From contig CAVLCG010000002.1 in NCBI GenBank assembly GCA_963661445.1, forward strand, positions 5,719 to 47,503: a stretch of 41,785 bases of DNA, in the 5' to 3' direction. The position numbers were made by a program, and so were the translations under genes. Position 1 is the first letter of the stretch, and each line of letters begins with the position of its first letter. The notes under the pieces are model-generated. The model was not told where the DNA came from, searched no databases, and was given only the letters and a program-made list of their open reading frames with translations. This stretch comes from a bacterium (GTDB lineage: Bacteria > Bacillota_I > Bacilli_A > RF39 > UBA660). Of this stretch, positions 8,833 to 18,330 are shown piece by piece.

Positions 8833-10002
8833 ATGAGCAAGAACAAAATAGCTGTTTATACTTGTATAACAGGAGATTATGATAATCTAAAGGAAATACC
8901 AAAGATAGAAAAGGGAATAGATTATTACTGTTTTACTAATAATAAAAAGATTAAATCTAATACTTGGAATGTTATATATATTGAAGATGAAAAGCTATCT
9001 AATGTACAACTAGCAAGAAAGATAAAAATTTTAGGACATGAATTAATTAATGACTATGATATATTACTTTGGATGGATGGGGCAGTAACGTTTAAGAAAA
9101 ATATAAAAGATTTTATTAACACTTATTTAGATAAAAAAGATGTGTTTGTCGCTTTTAAACATGGCGAAAGAGATAATATTAAAGATGAAGCTTATGCTTG
9201 TTATAGATTTGATAAAGAATCAAAAGAAAATATTAATAAAATATTAAAGTTTTATAAAGAGGAAAATTATCCATTTAATAATGGATTAATAGAGAGTACT
9301 GTATATATTAAAAGGCCAAAAGAAAAGATAGTACAAGAGACTATGAAACTTTGGTTTTCAATGATTTTAAAATATAGTACAAGAGATCAATTGTCTTTTA
9401 ATTACTGTATCTATAAAACAGGTCTTAAAGTTAAATGGATAAATGAAAAAGTATTTTCTAATAAATGGTTTAATTGGGATAATCATAATGTTAATTCTAA
9501 TTATGAAAACTATAGTATTTACTTTGGTGATATTGCATCTTATGATATGAATAGAGATAAACATGAAAAATATTCTATTAAGAATAATACTTTTTTCTTT
9601 AAAGAAAAGGTATTATGTGATACTGATAAGATTTGTATTTTTTCCCTAAATAGAACTTGTGTTTATTATAGTGATATAAAAATAACTGGAGTTAGTAATT
9701 TCTCTTATCAAGTTTATAATTCAATTGATTATAAAAATAATAATCTCTTATATAGTAATGAATTAAATATTGTTTTAACTGGTAACTTTAAGAAGGGTGA
9801 TATTATTACTTTTAGTATTACTATGAAAGATATTAGTAGTGAAGATAAACAAGAGTTTATTAAGAGTTTAGCTGAAGCTAAAATAATATCATCTATACAA
9901 ATAAAAGAATTAGAAGATGAAATTAATGAACTACATAAAACAATAAATGAAAGTTTTATTTGTAGACAAATATTTAAACTAAAAAATAAAAAAGATATAT
10001 AG
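8833..10002 (+). CDS. DUF616-like putative glycosyltransferase with an uncharacterised C-terminal half and a coiled-coil tail
   Basis: The N-terminal ~200 aa (IAVYTCITGDYDNLKE, ILLWMDGAV, FKHGERDNIKDEAYAC, STRDQLSFNY) fit the DUF616 motif order as I recall it. The C-terminal ~180 aa have no motif I recognise and end in a heptad-like EDKQEFIKSLAEAKIISSIQIKELEDEINELHK. Confidence 0.6.
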   Translation: MSKNKIAVYTCITGDYDNLKEIPKIEKGIDYYCFTNNKKIKSNTWNVIYIEDEKLSNVQLARKIKILGHELINDYDILLWMDGAVTFKKNIKDFINTYLDKKDVFVAFKHGERDNIKDEAYACYRFDKESKENINKILKFYKEENYPFNNGLIESTVYIKRPKEKIVQETMKLWFSMILKYSTRDQLSFNYCIYKTGLKVKWINEKVFSNKWFNWDNHNVNSNYENYSIYFGDIASYDMNRDKHEKYSIKNNTFFFKEKVLCDTDKICIFSLNRTCVYYSDIKITGVSNFSYQVYNSIDYKNNNLLYSNELNIVLTGNFKKGDIITFSITMKDISSEDKQEFIKSLAEAKIISSIQIKELEDEINELHKTINESFICRQIFKLKNKKDI

Positions 10003-10039
10003 TGTGATATAATAGTTAGGTGTAAGCAATGGAGGAATT

Positions 10040-10786
10040 ATGAAAAGTAATAAAAATGTAGATTTTGCAATTAAAGTAGATAATGTTTCTAAAAGATTTA
10101 AAATTTATTATGATAAACCTAATACTTTAAAAGAAAGACTTGTTTTTTGGAATAAGACTAAAGTTGATTATCATGAAGTTTTAAAAAATATTAACTTAAC
10201 TATTAAAAAAGGAGAAACAGTTGCTCTTATTGGGGTTAATGGTAGTGGTAAATCAACCTTACTAAAATTAATGACTAAAATAATTTATCCTACTGAAGGT
10301 AAAATAATAACTAATGGTAAATTAACTTCACTTTTAGAGTTAGGAGCTGGTTTTCATCCTGATTTTACTGGTAGAGAAAATATTTATTTTAATGCTTCTA
10401 TTTTTGGACTTAGTGCTGCGGAAATAGATGCTAGAGTTCAAGATATAATAGATTTTTCAGAACTTGGTGAATTTATTGATGCTCCAGTTCGTACATATTC
10501 ATCGGGAATGTATATGCGACTTGCCTTTAGTGTTGCTATTAATGTTGATGCTGAAATACTTTTGATAGATGAAATTTTAGCAGTAGGTGATCAACACTTT
10601 CAAGATAAGTGCTTTGCTAAACTAGAAGAACTTAAAAATTCTGATAAGACAATAGTAATTGTAAGTCATAGTTTAGGAGCAGTTAAAAAGTTATGTAATA
10701 GAGGTATCTGGATATATAATGGAGAAGTAAAAGAAGATGGTAAAATTGATAAAGTAATAGATGATTATTTAAAGGTGTGTGGTTAA
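10040..10786 (+). CDS. tagH: Polysaccharide/teichoic-acid export ABC transporter ATP-binding protein (TagH/Wzt type, short form without a C-terminal carbohydrate-binding domain)
   Basis: Walker A GVNGSGKST, signature YSSGMYMRLAF and Walker B ILLIDE. The GFHPDFTGRENI motif is characteristic of TagH/Wzt/KpsT-like exporters. Only 248 aa. Confidence 0.88.
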   Translation: MKSNKNVDFAIKVDNVSKRFKIYYDKPNTLKERLVFWNKTKVDYHEVLKNINLTIKKGETVALIGVNGSGKSTLLKLMTKIIYPTEGKIITNGKLTSLLELGAGFHPDFTGRENIYFNASIFGLSAAEIDARVQDIIDFSELGEFIDAPVRTYSSGMYMRLAFSVAINVDAEILLIDEILAVGDQHFQDKCFAKLEELKNSDKTIVIVSHSLGAVKKLCNRGIWIYNGEVKEDGKIDKVIDDYLKVCG

Positions 10787-10787
10787 A

Positions 10788-11555
10788 ATGTTTAAAGAAT
10801 TATATGATTATCGACAATTATTAAAAAGTAATGTTAGTAAGGAAATAAGAGGAAAATATAAAGGCTCATTTTTGGGAGTGTTATGGAGCTTTGTTAATCC
10901 ACTATTAATGACTTTAGTTTATGCAATTGTTTTTCCTTTTATCTTAAGATCAACCCAACCACATTATGTAACATTTGTGGTAATAGGTGTACTACCTTGG
11001 ACTTGGTTTACTAATGTTATATCACAAGGAACAAATACTATAGTTGTTAATGGTGGAATTATTAAGAAGGTTTACTTTCCAAGAGAAGTATTACCTATTT
11101 CTATAGTTACTAGTGGTTTGATTAACTTCTTAATATCTTGTATTATTATTGCTATTTTCTTAATTTGTAGTGGAATAGGTTTTAGTTTCTATATATTATT
11201 ATTACCTCTAATAGTCTTAATTCAATACATTTTAATGCTAGGACTAATTTTTATTACTAGTGCCATAGATGTTTATGTAAGAGATGCTGAATATATAATA
11301 GCTTTTCTTGTATCAATGTTATTTTATGCTACACCAATTTTATATTCATCAGATTTATTTCCAGCTAAGTTTTCTTGGATTTTAAATTTAAATCCTTTAA
11401 CGACAATAATTAACTCTTATAGAGATATTTTCTATTATCAGACTATGCCTAATTTAAAAGCACTTGGTATTGTTTTCTTAGTAAGTGTATTAATACTAAT
11501 TATAGGTTATAAAATATTTGGAAAACTAAAGAAAGGTTTTGCAGAAGAATTATAG
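10788..11555 (+). CDS. tagG: ABC-2 type polysaccharide/teichoic-acid export permease (TagG/Wzm type)
   Basis: The ORF track starts at GTG 10779. The ATG at 10788 gives MFKELYDYRQLL... The RGKYKGSFLGVLWSFVNPL motif and about 6 predicted TM segments are typical of ABC-2 permeases. It lies immediately after the ATPase gene. Confidence 0.88.
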   Translation: MFKELYDYRQLLKSNVSKEIRGKYKGSFLGVLWSFVNPLLMTLVYAIVFPFILRSTQPHYVTFVVIGVLPWTWFTNVISQGTNTIVVNGGIIKKVYFPREVLPISIVTSGLINFLISCIIIAIFLICSGIGFSFYILLLPLIVLIQYILMLGLIFITSAIDVYVRDAEYIIAFLVSMLFYATPILYSSDLFPAKFSWILNLNPLTTIINSYRDIFYYQTMPNLKALGIVFLVSVLILIIGYKIFGKLKKGFAEEL

Positions 11556-11565
11556 GAGGGGTAAG

Positions 11566-12429
11566 ATGGCAACAAAAAAAGATTTAAAAATAGCAGGGGT
11601 AGTAACACTTTATAATCCAACTGATGAAGATATTAAAAATATAGATACTTATTTAGGAGATATTGATAGACTATATATAGTTGATAATACGGAAGGACAT
11701 GACAATAAAAAACGTCTTCCTAAGAGTAAAAAGATAGAATATATATTTAAAAATGAAAACTTGGGAGTAGCTACTGCTATGAATATGGGAGCTCAAAAAG
11801 CTTTAAAAGAAGGATATAAATGGCTACTTACAATGGATCAGGACACTACTTTTAAAAAAGGAGTAATTGCTAAGATGAAAGAAGTGATACTTACTAAAGA
11901 TATGTCTAAAGTAGGTATAGTTACTCCTTGGCATCATACTAAATTAATTGATAAGAAACCAGATAAAGAATTTGATGATCCACATGATGTAATGACATCT
12001 GGTAATTTAGTAAATCTTGATATTTGGAAAAAGATAGGTGGATATAAAGACTTTTTATTTATCGATGGTATAGATATTGAGTACTGTATGAATTTACATA
12101 AGAATGGTTATAAAATTTTAAGAATTAATTCTATTGAAATAGATCATAATTTAGGAAATTTATTTTATAAAAATATAAGGGGAAGACTATTTTTATGTAC
12201 TAATCATTCTGCTATTAGAAGATATTATATAATGAGAAATTATCACTATATAAAAGATATGTACATTGATACAGATCCTAGTTATTGTTATAGTCTAATT
12301 AGTCAAAGACATAATATGATTGGTGTTGTTTTATTTGAAAAAGATAAGATAAATAAGATTAAGATGTATTTAAGAGGATTGAAAGATTATAAAAAAGGAA
12401 TCAAAGGTAAATATCCATATAAAAAATAA
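11566..12429 (+). CDS. Glycosyltransferase family 2 (rhamnosyltransferase-like subgroup)
   Basis: The ORF track starts at 11539. The ATG at 11566 follows AGGAGGGG at good spacing. GVVTLYNPTDEDI, YIVDNT and LTMDQDT are GT2-like motifs. Confidence 0.8.
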   Translation: MATKKDLKIAGVVTLYNPTDEDIKNIDTYLGDIDRLYIVDNTEGHDNKKRLPKSKKIEYIFKNENLGVATAMNMGAQKALKEGYKWLLTMDQDTTFKKGVIAKMKEVILTKDMSKVGIVTPWHHTKLIDKKPDKEFDDPHDVMTSGNLVNLDIWKKIGGYKDFLFIDGIDIEYCMNLHKNGYKILRINSIEIDHNLGNLFYKNIRGRLFLCTNHSAIRRYYIMRNYHYIKDMYIDTDPSYCYSLISQRHNMIGVVLFEKDKINKIKMYLRGLKDYKKGIKGKYPYKK

Positions 12430-12438
12430 GGAGGCACT

Positions 12439-14616
12439 ATGAGTAAGGTTAAAGATTTATCACTTAAAGTTAAAAATACATTAAAAGAAGAAGGAGTAGG
12501 TCCTTTAGTTAAAAAAACTGTTAATTATACTAAATTTAAAGTAGGAGCTCTTAATCGTAAATATGATAGAGGATTTAAAGATATCTTATTTATTAATGGT
12601 TGCTCACTTCCTCATCCCCAACGTTATAGAGTAGATCATCAAATTGAACAATTTGAGTCTTATGGATTAAGTTGTGATAAGATTGATTATGATAAATTAA
12701 CACTTGATATGTTAAGGTTTTATCGTGGCTTTGTTTTTTATCGCTGTCCTATTTTACCAGTGATTGAGGAGTTTATTAAACAGGCTAGAGAAAACAATAA
12801 GACTTGTTTTTATGATATAGATGATTTAGTGTTTGATACTAAATATACTGATCAGATTAAATATGTACAAAGTCTTACTGGTGCAGATAGAGATTTATAT
12901 GATGATGGAGTTAAAAGAATGGGTAAAACTCTTGATTTATGTGAGTATGCTATCGCATCAACTGATAGATTACAAAAAGAAATGGCTCTTCATGTTAAGA
13001 AAGCCTTCGTAAATAGAAATGTTGCTAGTGAAGAGATGGTAAAATATTCAGAAGTAGCTCTTAATACCGTAGAAAAAGATGACTCTAAGATAATAATTGG
13101 CTATTTATCTGGAACTATTACTCATAATGATGACTTTAAACTTATTATGCCTAGTATTATAAATATTTTAAAGAAATATCCTAATGTTTATTTACAAATA
13201 GTTGGTCTTTTAGATTTACCAGAAGAGATGGAAGATGTTAAAGATAAAGTATTAACTAGTCCTTTTATGGATTGGAAAGACCTACCTAAGTTAATTAGAT
13301 CTATTGACATTAATTTAGCACCACTAGAAGATACTGTTTTTAATGAAGCTAAATCAGAAAATAAATGGACTGAAGCAGCATTAGTTAAAATTCCAACAGT
13401 TGCTTCTAATGTAGGAGCTTTTAAAAGTGCTATAGTAGCAAATGAGACTGGATTATTATGTGATAATTTAAAAGATTGGGAAGAAAACCTATCCAAATTA
13501 ATAGAAGATAAAGAATATAGAGAAACTATTGCTCTTAATGCTTATAATGAGGTTATGAAACATCACGTTACTACTACTAGTGGTAGAGCTGTGGTTGAGT
13601 TTGTTAAGAGTAAACTAAGAAGAAATATCTGTTTTATTCTTCCATCAACTAATATCAGTGGAGGGATAATGGTAGCAGTAAAACACGGAATAATTTTAAA
13701 AAAACATGGTTATGATGTTACTGCTATTAATATAAATGAGGAGACTAAAAATGTTTCTATTGTTACTGAAGGTACTGATTCTTTATTGGTTGTTCCTTAT
13801 AAAAGAACAGAGTTTTTAGCATATATTGACACTATGGTGGCAACTATGTGGTTAACACTTAAATATGCAAGAGAGTATGCTAATTGCAAAAATATTAAGT
13901 ACTTAGTGCAATCAATGGAAACTGGTTTTTATAAGCCAGGTCAGTATGAAAAGAGAATGGCTAATTCCACTTATAATAGTATTTTTAATGTTGATTATTT
14001 AACTATTTCTAAATGGTGTAAGTCTTGGTTAAAAGAAGACTTCTTAGTAGATGCTAAGTATGCTCCTAATGGAATAGATTTAACAAAATTTAAGGAAGTA
14101 AAGAGAAAAAAACATAATAAGATAAGAATATTGATAGAGGGTAATAGTAAAGACTTTTATAAAAATGTTGATGAAAGCTTTAAGATTGTGGAAAAACTAG
14201 ATAAGTCAAAATATGAAATATCATATTTATCTTATGAAAAAGAGCCAAAGAAGTGGTATCATGTTGATAATTTTTATCATAAGATTCCTCATGATGAAGT
14301 AGGAAAAATATATCAAAATCATGATATCTTAATCAAAACAAGTATTCTAGAAAGCTTTTCTTATCCACCACTTGAAATGATGGCTACTGGTGGTTTAGTT
14401 CTTGCATTACCTAATGGTGGTAATAGTGAATACTTAAAAGATGAGTATAACTGTCTTTTATATAAACAAGGGGATATAGAAGAAGCAGTAGAAAAATTAG
14501 AAAGATTAGTAACTGATAAGAAATTACAAGAAAGATTAATCGCTAATGGTCTTAAAACAGCAAAAGAATATTCTTGGGAAAATATTGAGGATAAAATACT
14601 AGATTTATATAATTAA
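12439..14616 (+). CDS. Large two-module GT-B glycosyltransferase (two GT4/GT1-like halves), candidate chain-extending polymerase
   Basis: 725 aa. The first half ends with LAPLEDTVFNEAKSENKWTEAALVKIPTVASNVGAF..TGLLC and the second with ESFSYPPLEMMATGGLVLALPNGGNSEYL. Both are E-x7-E-type GT-B C-terminal signatures. Confidence 0.75.
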   Translation: MSKVKDLSLKVKNTLKEEGVGPLVKKTVNYTKFKVGALNRKYDRGFKDILFINGCSLPHPQRYRVDHQIEQFESYGLSCDKIDYDKLTLDMLRFYRGFVFYRCPILPVIEEFIKQARENNKTCFYDIDDLVFDTKYTDQIKYVQSLTGADRDLYDDGVKRMGKTLDLCEYAIASTDRLQKEMALHVKKAFVNRNVASEEMVKYSEVALNTVEKDDSKIIIGYLSGTITHNDDFKLIMPSIINILKKYPNVYLQIVGLLDLPEEMEDVKDKVLTSPFMDWKDLPKLIRSIDINLAPLEDTVFNEAKSENKWTEAALVKIPTVASNVGAFKSAIVANETGLLCDNLKDWEENLSKLIEDKEYRETIALNAYNEVMKHHVTTTSGRAVVEFVKSKLRRNICFILPSTNISGGIMVAVKHGIILKKHGYDVTAININEETKNVSIVTEGTDSLLVVPYKRTEFLAYIDTMVATMWLTLKYAREYANCKNIKYLVQSMETGFYKPGQYEKRMANSTYNSIFNVDYLTISKWCKSWLKEDFLVDAKYAPNGIDLTKFKEVKRKKHNKIRILIEGNSKDFYKNVDESFKIVEKLDKSKYEISYLSYEKEPKKWYHVDNFYHKIPHDEVGKIYQNHDILIKTSILESFSYPPLEMMATGGLVLALPNGGNSEYLKDEYNCLLYKQGDIEEAVEKLERLVTDKKLQERLIANGLKTAKEYSWENIEDKILDLYN

Positions 14617-14627
14617 GGGGTGAGAAT

Positions 14628-16025
14628 ATGACAAAAATAACTGAAGAAAAATTATATGTTTATATAGCTATTGTAGTTGGAATGTTATTAATATTTATAA
14701 TCCCACCATTTGTGTCCCCTGATGAAGACTCTCATTTTATTAAGTCTTATTTAGTATCACAGGGAAAATTGTATCCAACAACGAATAAAAAAGGTGTAGT
14801 TGGAAATAAATTGCCTCAAGCTATGGTCAGTTATATAATTTCTAAAAGAAAGTTTAGTTCAAATTTTGATGAAAAGTATACATATCATAATTATTTTAAT
14901 GAACAATTTGATAAATTAGATTATAATTCTAAAAAATTTATTTCATATTCGACTTCACAAGTTTTTCCTTATATTTATGCAGCACCTGCTTTTGGAATAT
15001 TAACCGCTAAAATGATGGCGATAATATTTGATATTGATAATACATCACCAGCTTATTTATTACAATTTGCCAGGCTTTTTACCTTACTTTTCTCTATCAC
15101 CTTAACGTACTTTGCTATTAAAATAACACCAGTATTTAAAAAAACAATGTTTACTGTTGCTCTGATGCCGATGACTTTGTTTATTTGTTCTATGGTATCT
15201 TATGATGCAGTTTTAATTCCACTAAGCTTGTTAGGTATTGCTATTCTATTAAGACTAATCTATGATAATAGCATTAAAACAGTAAGTATTAAGCAATTAA
15301 TAATATTAACAGTCATTGGAATAATTCTGTTTAATGTTAAAACTATATATTCATTTATATATGTGTTACTGTTATTTATTCCAAAAGAAAAGTTTGGTAC
15401 TACTAAGGATAAAACAAAATCAATTATCATTATGGGGTTGACAATTATCTTAGTGTATATATTAGCAAGAGTACCACAGTATCTTTTAACTAATGTGGCT
15501 GCAAGTGGTAATTCAGCATCATCAAAACAAATAACTTTCATATTAAAAAATCCAATTAAATATTTAGGATATATTTTATACAATATTAGAAGCCAAAGAT
15601 TATTTTTTATAAATACTACCGTTGGATGCTTTGGCCTCTTAGATGTGTACTTACCATTATTTATTATTGCAATATTTCTTGTTAATTTATTCTTAATATC
15701 TTTGGCAGAGGGGAGTACAGACAAATATAAAATTAATTATAAAATTAAATTAGCCTTATTAGGATTAGTAATTTTATGTGTTATAGCTATTTTTACGGTT
15801 ATGTATATATCATGGACATCATTAATGATGAAAACTGGTCAAAAGGATATATTAGGAGTACAAGGACGATATTTTATACCATTAATATTTCCTGTACTAT
15901 TGGTTTTTTCTAATTCTAAAATTAAAGCTAACAAATTGTTTAAAACTATAAAAAATAATTATTTTCTAATTCCAACAGTTTCTTTGATTGTTTCTATTGC
16001 TGTTTGTATTTTTAGATTTTGGTAG
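14628..16025 (+). CDS. DUF2142 polytopic membrane protein (putative GT-C-like extracytoplasmic glycosyltransferase), copy 1
   Basis: 465 aa with more than 10 hydrophobic segments. N-terminal loop PPFVSPDEDSHFIKSY and C-terminal GVQGRYFIPLIF. Both motifs are shared with the paralogue at 24220. Confidence 0.72.
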   Translation: MTKITEEKLYVYIAIVVGMLLIFIIPPFVSPDEDSHFIKSYLVSQGKLYPTTNKKGVVGNKLPQAMVSYIISKRKFSSNFDEKYTYHNYFNEQFDKLDYNSKKFISYSTSQVFPYIYAAPAFGILTAKMMAIIFDIDNTSPAYLLQFARLFTLLFSITLTYFAIKITPVFKKTMFTVALMPMTLFICSMVSYDAVLIPLSLLGIAILLRLIYDNSIKTVSIKQLIILTVIGIILFNVKTIYSFIYVLLLFIPKEKFGTTKDKTKSIIIMGLTIILVYILARVPQYLLTNVAASGNSASSKQITFILKNPIKYLGYILYNIRSQRLFFINTTVGCFGLLDVYLPLFIIAIFLVNLFLISLAEGSTDKYKINYKIKLALLGLVILCVIAIFTVMYISWTSLMMKTGQKDILGVQGRYFIPLIFPVLLVFSNSKIKANKLFKTIKNNYFLIPTVSLIVSIAVCIFRFW

Positions 16026-16040
16026 ATTTTGGAGGTAAAA

Positions 16041-16763
16041 ATGAAGAGAATTTTATTAATAATTCCAGCATATAATGAGGAAGAAAATATTTTGAAAACT
16101 TATAATACAATTATGGATTATAATAAAAAAAACAATACTAATTATGATGTTATTGTTATAAATGATGGATCAAAAGATAATACTAGCAAAATTTGTCATA
16201 AAAATAGAATACCTGTTATAGATTTGATTCATAATTTAGGTATAGGTGGTGCGGTACAAACAGGTTATAAATATGCCTATTATAATAATTATGATATTGC
16301 TGTACAGTATGATGGAGATGGTCAACATGATGTTAGATATGTAGATAGTATTACTAAGCCAATAATAGATGAGAAGGCTGATATGGTAATAGGTTCTAGG
16401 TTTATTAGTAAAAATGATACATTTAAATCAACTTTTGCTAGAAGAATAGGGATAAGAATCATTTCTCATTTTATGAAATTTGCAACAGGTAAAAAAATAT
16501 ATGATACAACTAGTGGGTTTAGAGCTTGTTCCAAGGAATTAATCTATGATTTTTCTATTTCTTATCCAAGCGAATATCCAGAACCAGTTACTACTGCAGA
16601 GGTTTTAAAAAAGAAATATAATGTTTTAGAAATACCAGTTGAAATGAATGAAAGAGAAAATGGAGTGTCTTCAATTAGAAAATGGAAAAATATATATTAT
16701 ATGTTAAATGTTTGTCTTGCTCTTACAGTTATTAAAATAAGGAGGTACAAAAAATGTCGTTAA
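16041..16763 (+). CDS. GT2 polyprenyl-phosphate sugar synthase (GacI/PpgS/DPM1-like, soluble catalytic domain)
   Basis: The ORF track starts at TTG 16029. The ATG at 16041 lies 5 nt after GGAGG. ILLIIPAYNEEENI, VINDGSKDNT, YDGDGQHD and TSGFRA are motifs of the Dpm1/GtrB-like GT2 subgroup. No C-terminal TM helices. Confidence 0.8.
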   Translation: MKRILLIIPAYNEEENILKTYNTIMDYNKKNNTNYDVIVINDGSKDNTSKICHKNRIPVIDLIHNLGIGGAVQTGYKYAYYNNYDIAVQYDGDGQHDVRYVDSITKPIIDEKADMVIGSRFISKNDTFKSTFARRIGIRIISHFMKFATGKKIYDTTSGFRACSKELIYDFSISYPSEYPEPVTTAEVLKKKYNVLEIPVEMNERENGVSSIRKWKNIYYMLNVCLALTVIKIRRYKKCR

Positions 16764-17113
16764 GTTTAAGCACTACCTTAATTATTGTTGCTATATTACT
16801 AGTATTATTAATAACATATGTATTGAAAAAAGGAAGAATACCAGAAAAATATTCCCTTCTTTGGTATTCTTTTGCTCTACTAATTATGCTTGTTGGATTA
16901 TTTCCTAATTTGTTTAGTTTTATTTCTGAAAAGTTAGGTTTTCAAGTAATGTCAAATTTGATAATAGGAGTTATTGTTGGAATTTTATTATTATTGACAA
17001 TGGCTCTAACAGTGATGATTGCTGGCCAAAAAATGAAAACAACTTTGTTAATTCAGGAATTATCTATTTTAAAATATGAGGTAGAAAAGAATGAAAGAAA
17101 AGAAAAAAATTAG
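16754..17113 (+). CDS. DUF2304 small membrane protein (GacJ/Rv3632-like accessory subunit of the GT2 synthase)
   Basis: 119 aa with 3-4 TM segments. The KKGRIPEKYSLLWY motif matches DUF2304 as I recall it. It overlaps the upstream GT2 by 10 nt and has a GGAGG RBS. Confidence 0.68.
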   Translation: MSLSLSTTLIIVAILLVLLITYVLKKGRIPEKYSLLWYSFALLIMLVGLFPNLFSFISEKLGFQVMSNLIIGVIVGILLLLTMALTVMIAGQKMKTTLLIQELSILKYEVEKNERKEKN

Positions 17114-18329
17114 GTTGAATTTTATTTGGAATACTATTGGAACTACATTTAATGCTTTTAACTCTTTATTTTTTCTTATAATTGCTACGAGAATTAATGG
17201 TATATATGATGCCGGAATATTTTCATTTGCCTTCTCCATGGCTTGTTTGTTTTATATAATAGGAATTTATTCGGGAAGAGTATTTCAAGTTACCGATAAT
17301 GACAAAGAAAATGATGATTTTTCCTATCTTAATTTACATATAATTACTTTTTTATTAATGCTTGCTTTAGGAATTGTTTTTTGTATCATAAGAGGCTATA
17401 CATTATATAAATTCAGCATTATAATGCTTCTTATTTTGTATAAAGGCATAGAAGCTTTGAGTGAAATGTTTTATGCGGTACTTCAAAGAAAAAATGATTT
17501 ATACAAAGTTGGTATATCAATGTTTTTGAAATCTATAATTGGATTAATACTATTTGCTATAATTGATAAACTAACAGGTAATTTAATTATTTCAATTATA
17601 TTTTTAATAGTAACTAATATATTATTTCTTTTGCTTTATGACATAAAAAATTCAAATATAGGATTGTTAAAAAATTATAGTTTTAAGAAGGATATAATAA
17701 AAAAATTATTTATTACAGGCTTTTTTACCTTCATTTTTACTTTTTTGAATTTATATCTTATAAATGTTTCTAAATATGTTATTGAATATTTTATGAGTGA
17801 TAAGTATCAAACTATATTTGGAATTATAATTATGCCTGCTACTGTTATATCATTATTTGCTCAATTTATAATTCATCCATTTTTAATAAAATTAAATGAA
17901 GATATAGTAAAAGAGAAATATAAAGAGCTTTCAAGACTTATTTTTAAATTGGTTTTCTTAATTACTTTATTTGGTTTGTTTTCAATAGTATGTGCCTACT
18001 TTTTAGGTATTCCTGTTTTAAACATAATTTATGGAATAGATCTTTCAAAATACCAATTTGCTTTAATAATTATATTATTAGGTGCTATTTTTTATGCAAT
18101 AACAGTGGTATTTAATAATATATTGATAGCTTTTAGAAAAACTTTGTCTCAAGCTATAGTCTATTTTATAATGTCAATTATATCTACTCTTATATCATGT
18201 CTTTTAATAAAAAAGTTAGGAATCATAGGTGCTTCTCTTTCCTATTTAATTACCATGTTTGTAACACTTGTTATATTTATAATTATTACTTATTTAGTGA
18301 TAAAGAGAAAGACTAGAAAGGAAAAATAA
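17091..18329 (+). CDS. Wzx-like (MOP superfamily) lipid-linked sugar flippase
   Basis: 412 aa and about 12 TM segments. The N-terminus KIRLNFIWNTIGTTFNAFNSLFFLIIATRING is typical of polysaccharide-biosynthesis (Wzx) proteins. It overlaps the upstream gene by 23 nt. Confidence 0.7.
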   Translation: MKEKKKIRLNFIWNTIGTTFNAFNSLFFLIIATRINGIYDAGIFSFAFSMACLFYIIGIYSGRVFQVTDNDKENDDFSYLNLHIITFLLMLALGIVFCIIRGYTLYKFSIIMLLILYKGIEALSEMFYAVLQRKNDLYKVGISMFLKSIIGLILFAIIDKLTGNLIISIIFLIVTNILFLLLYDIKNSNIGLLKNYSFKKDIIKKLFITGFFTFIFTFLNLYLINVSKYVIEYFMSDKYQTIFGIIIMPATVISLFAQFIIHPFLIKLNEDIVKEKYKELSRLIFKLVFLITLFGLFSIVCAYFLGIPVLNIIYGIDLSKYQFALIIILLGAIFYAITVVFNNILIAFRKTLSQAIVYFIMSIISTLISCLLIKKLGIIGASLSYLITMFVTLVIFIIITYLVIKRKTRKEK

Positions 18330-18330
18330 C

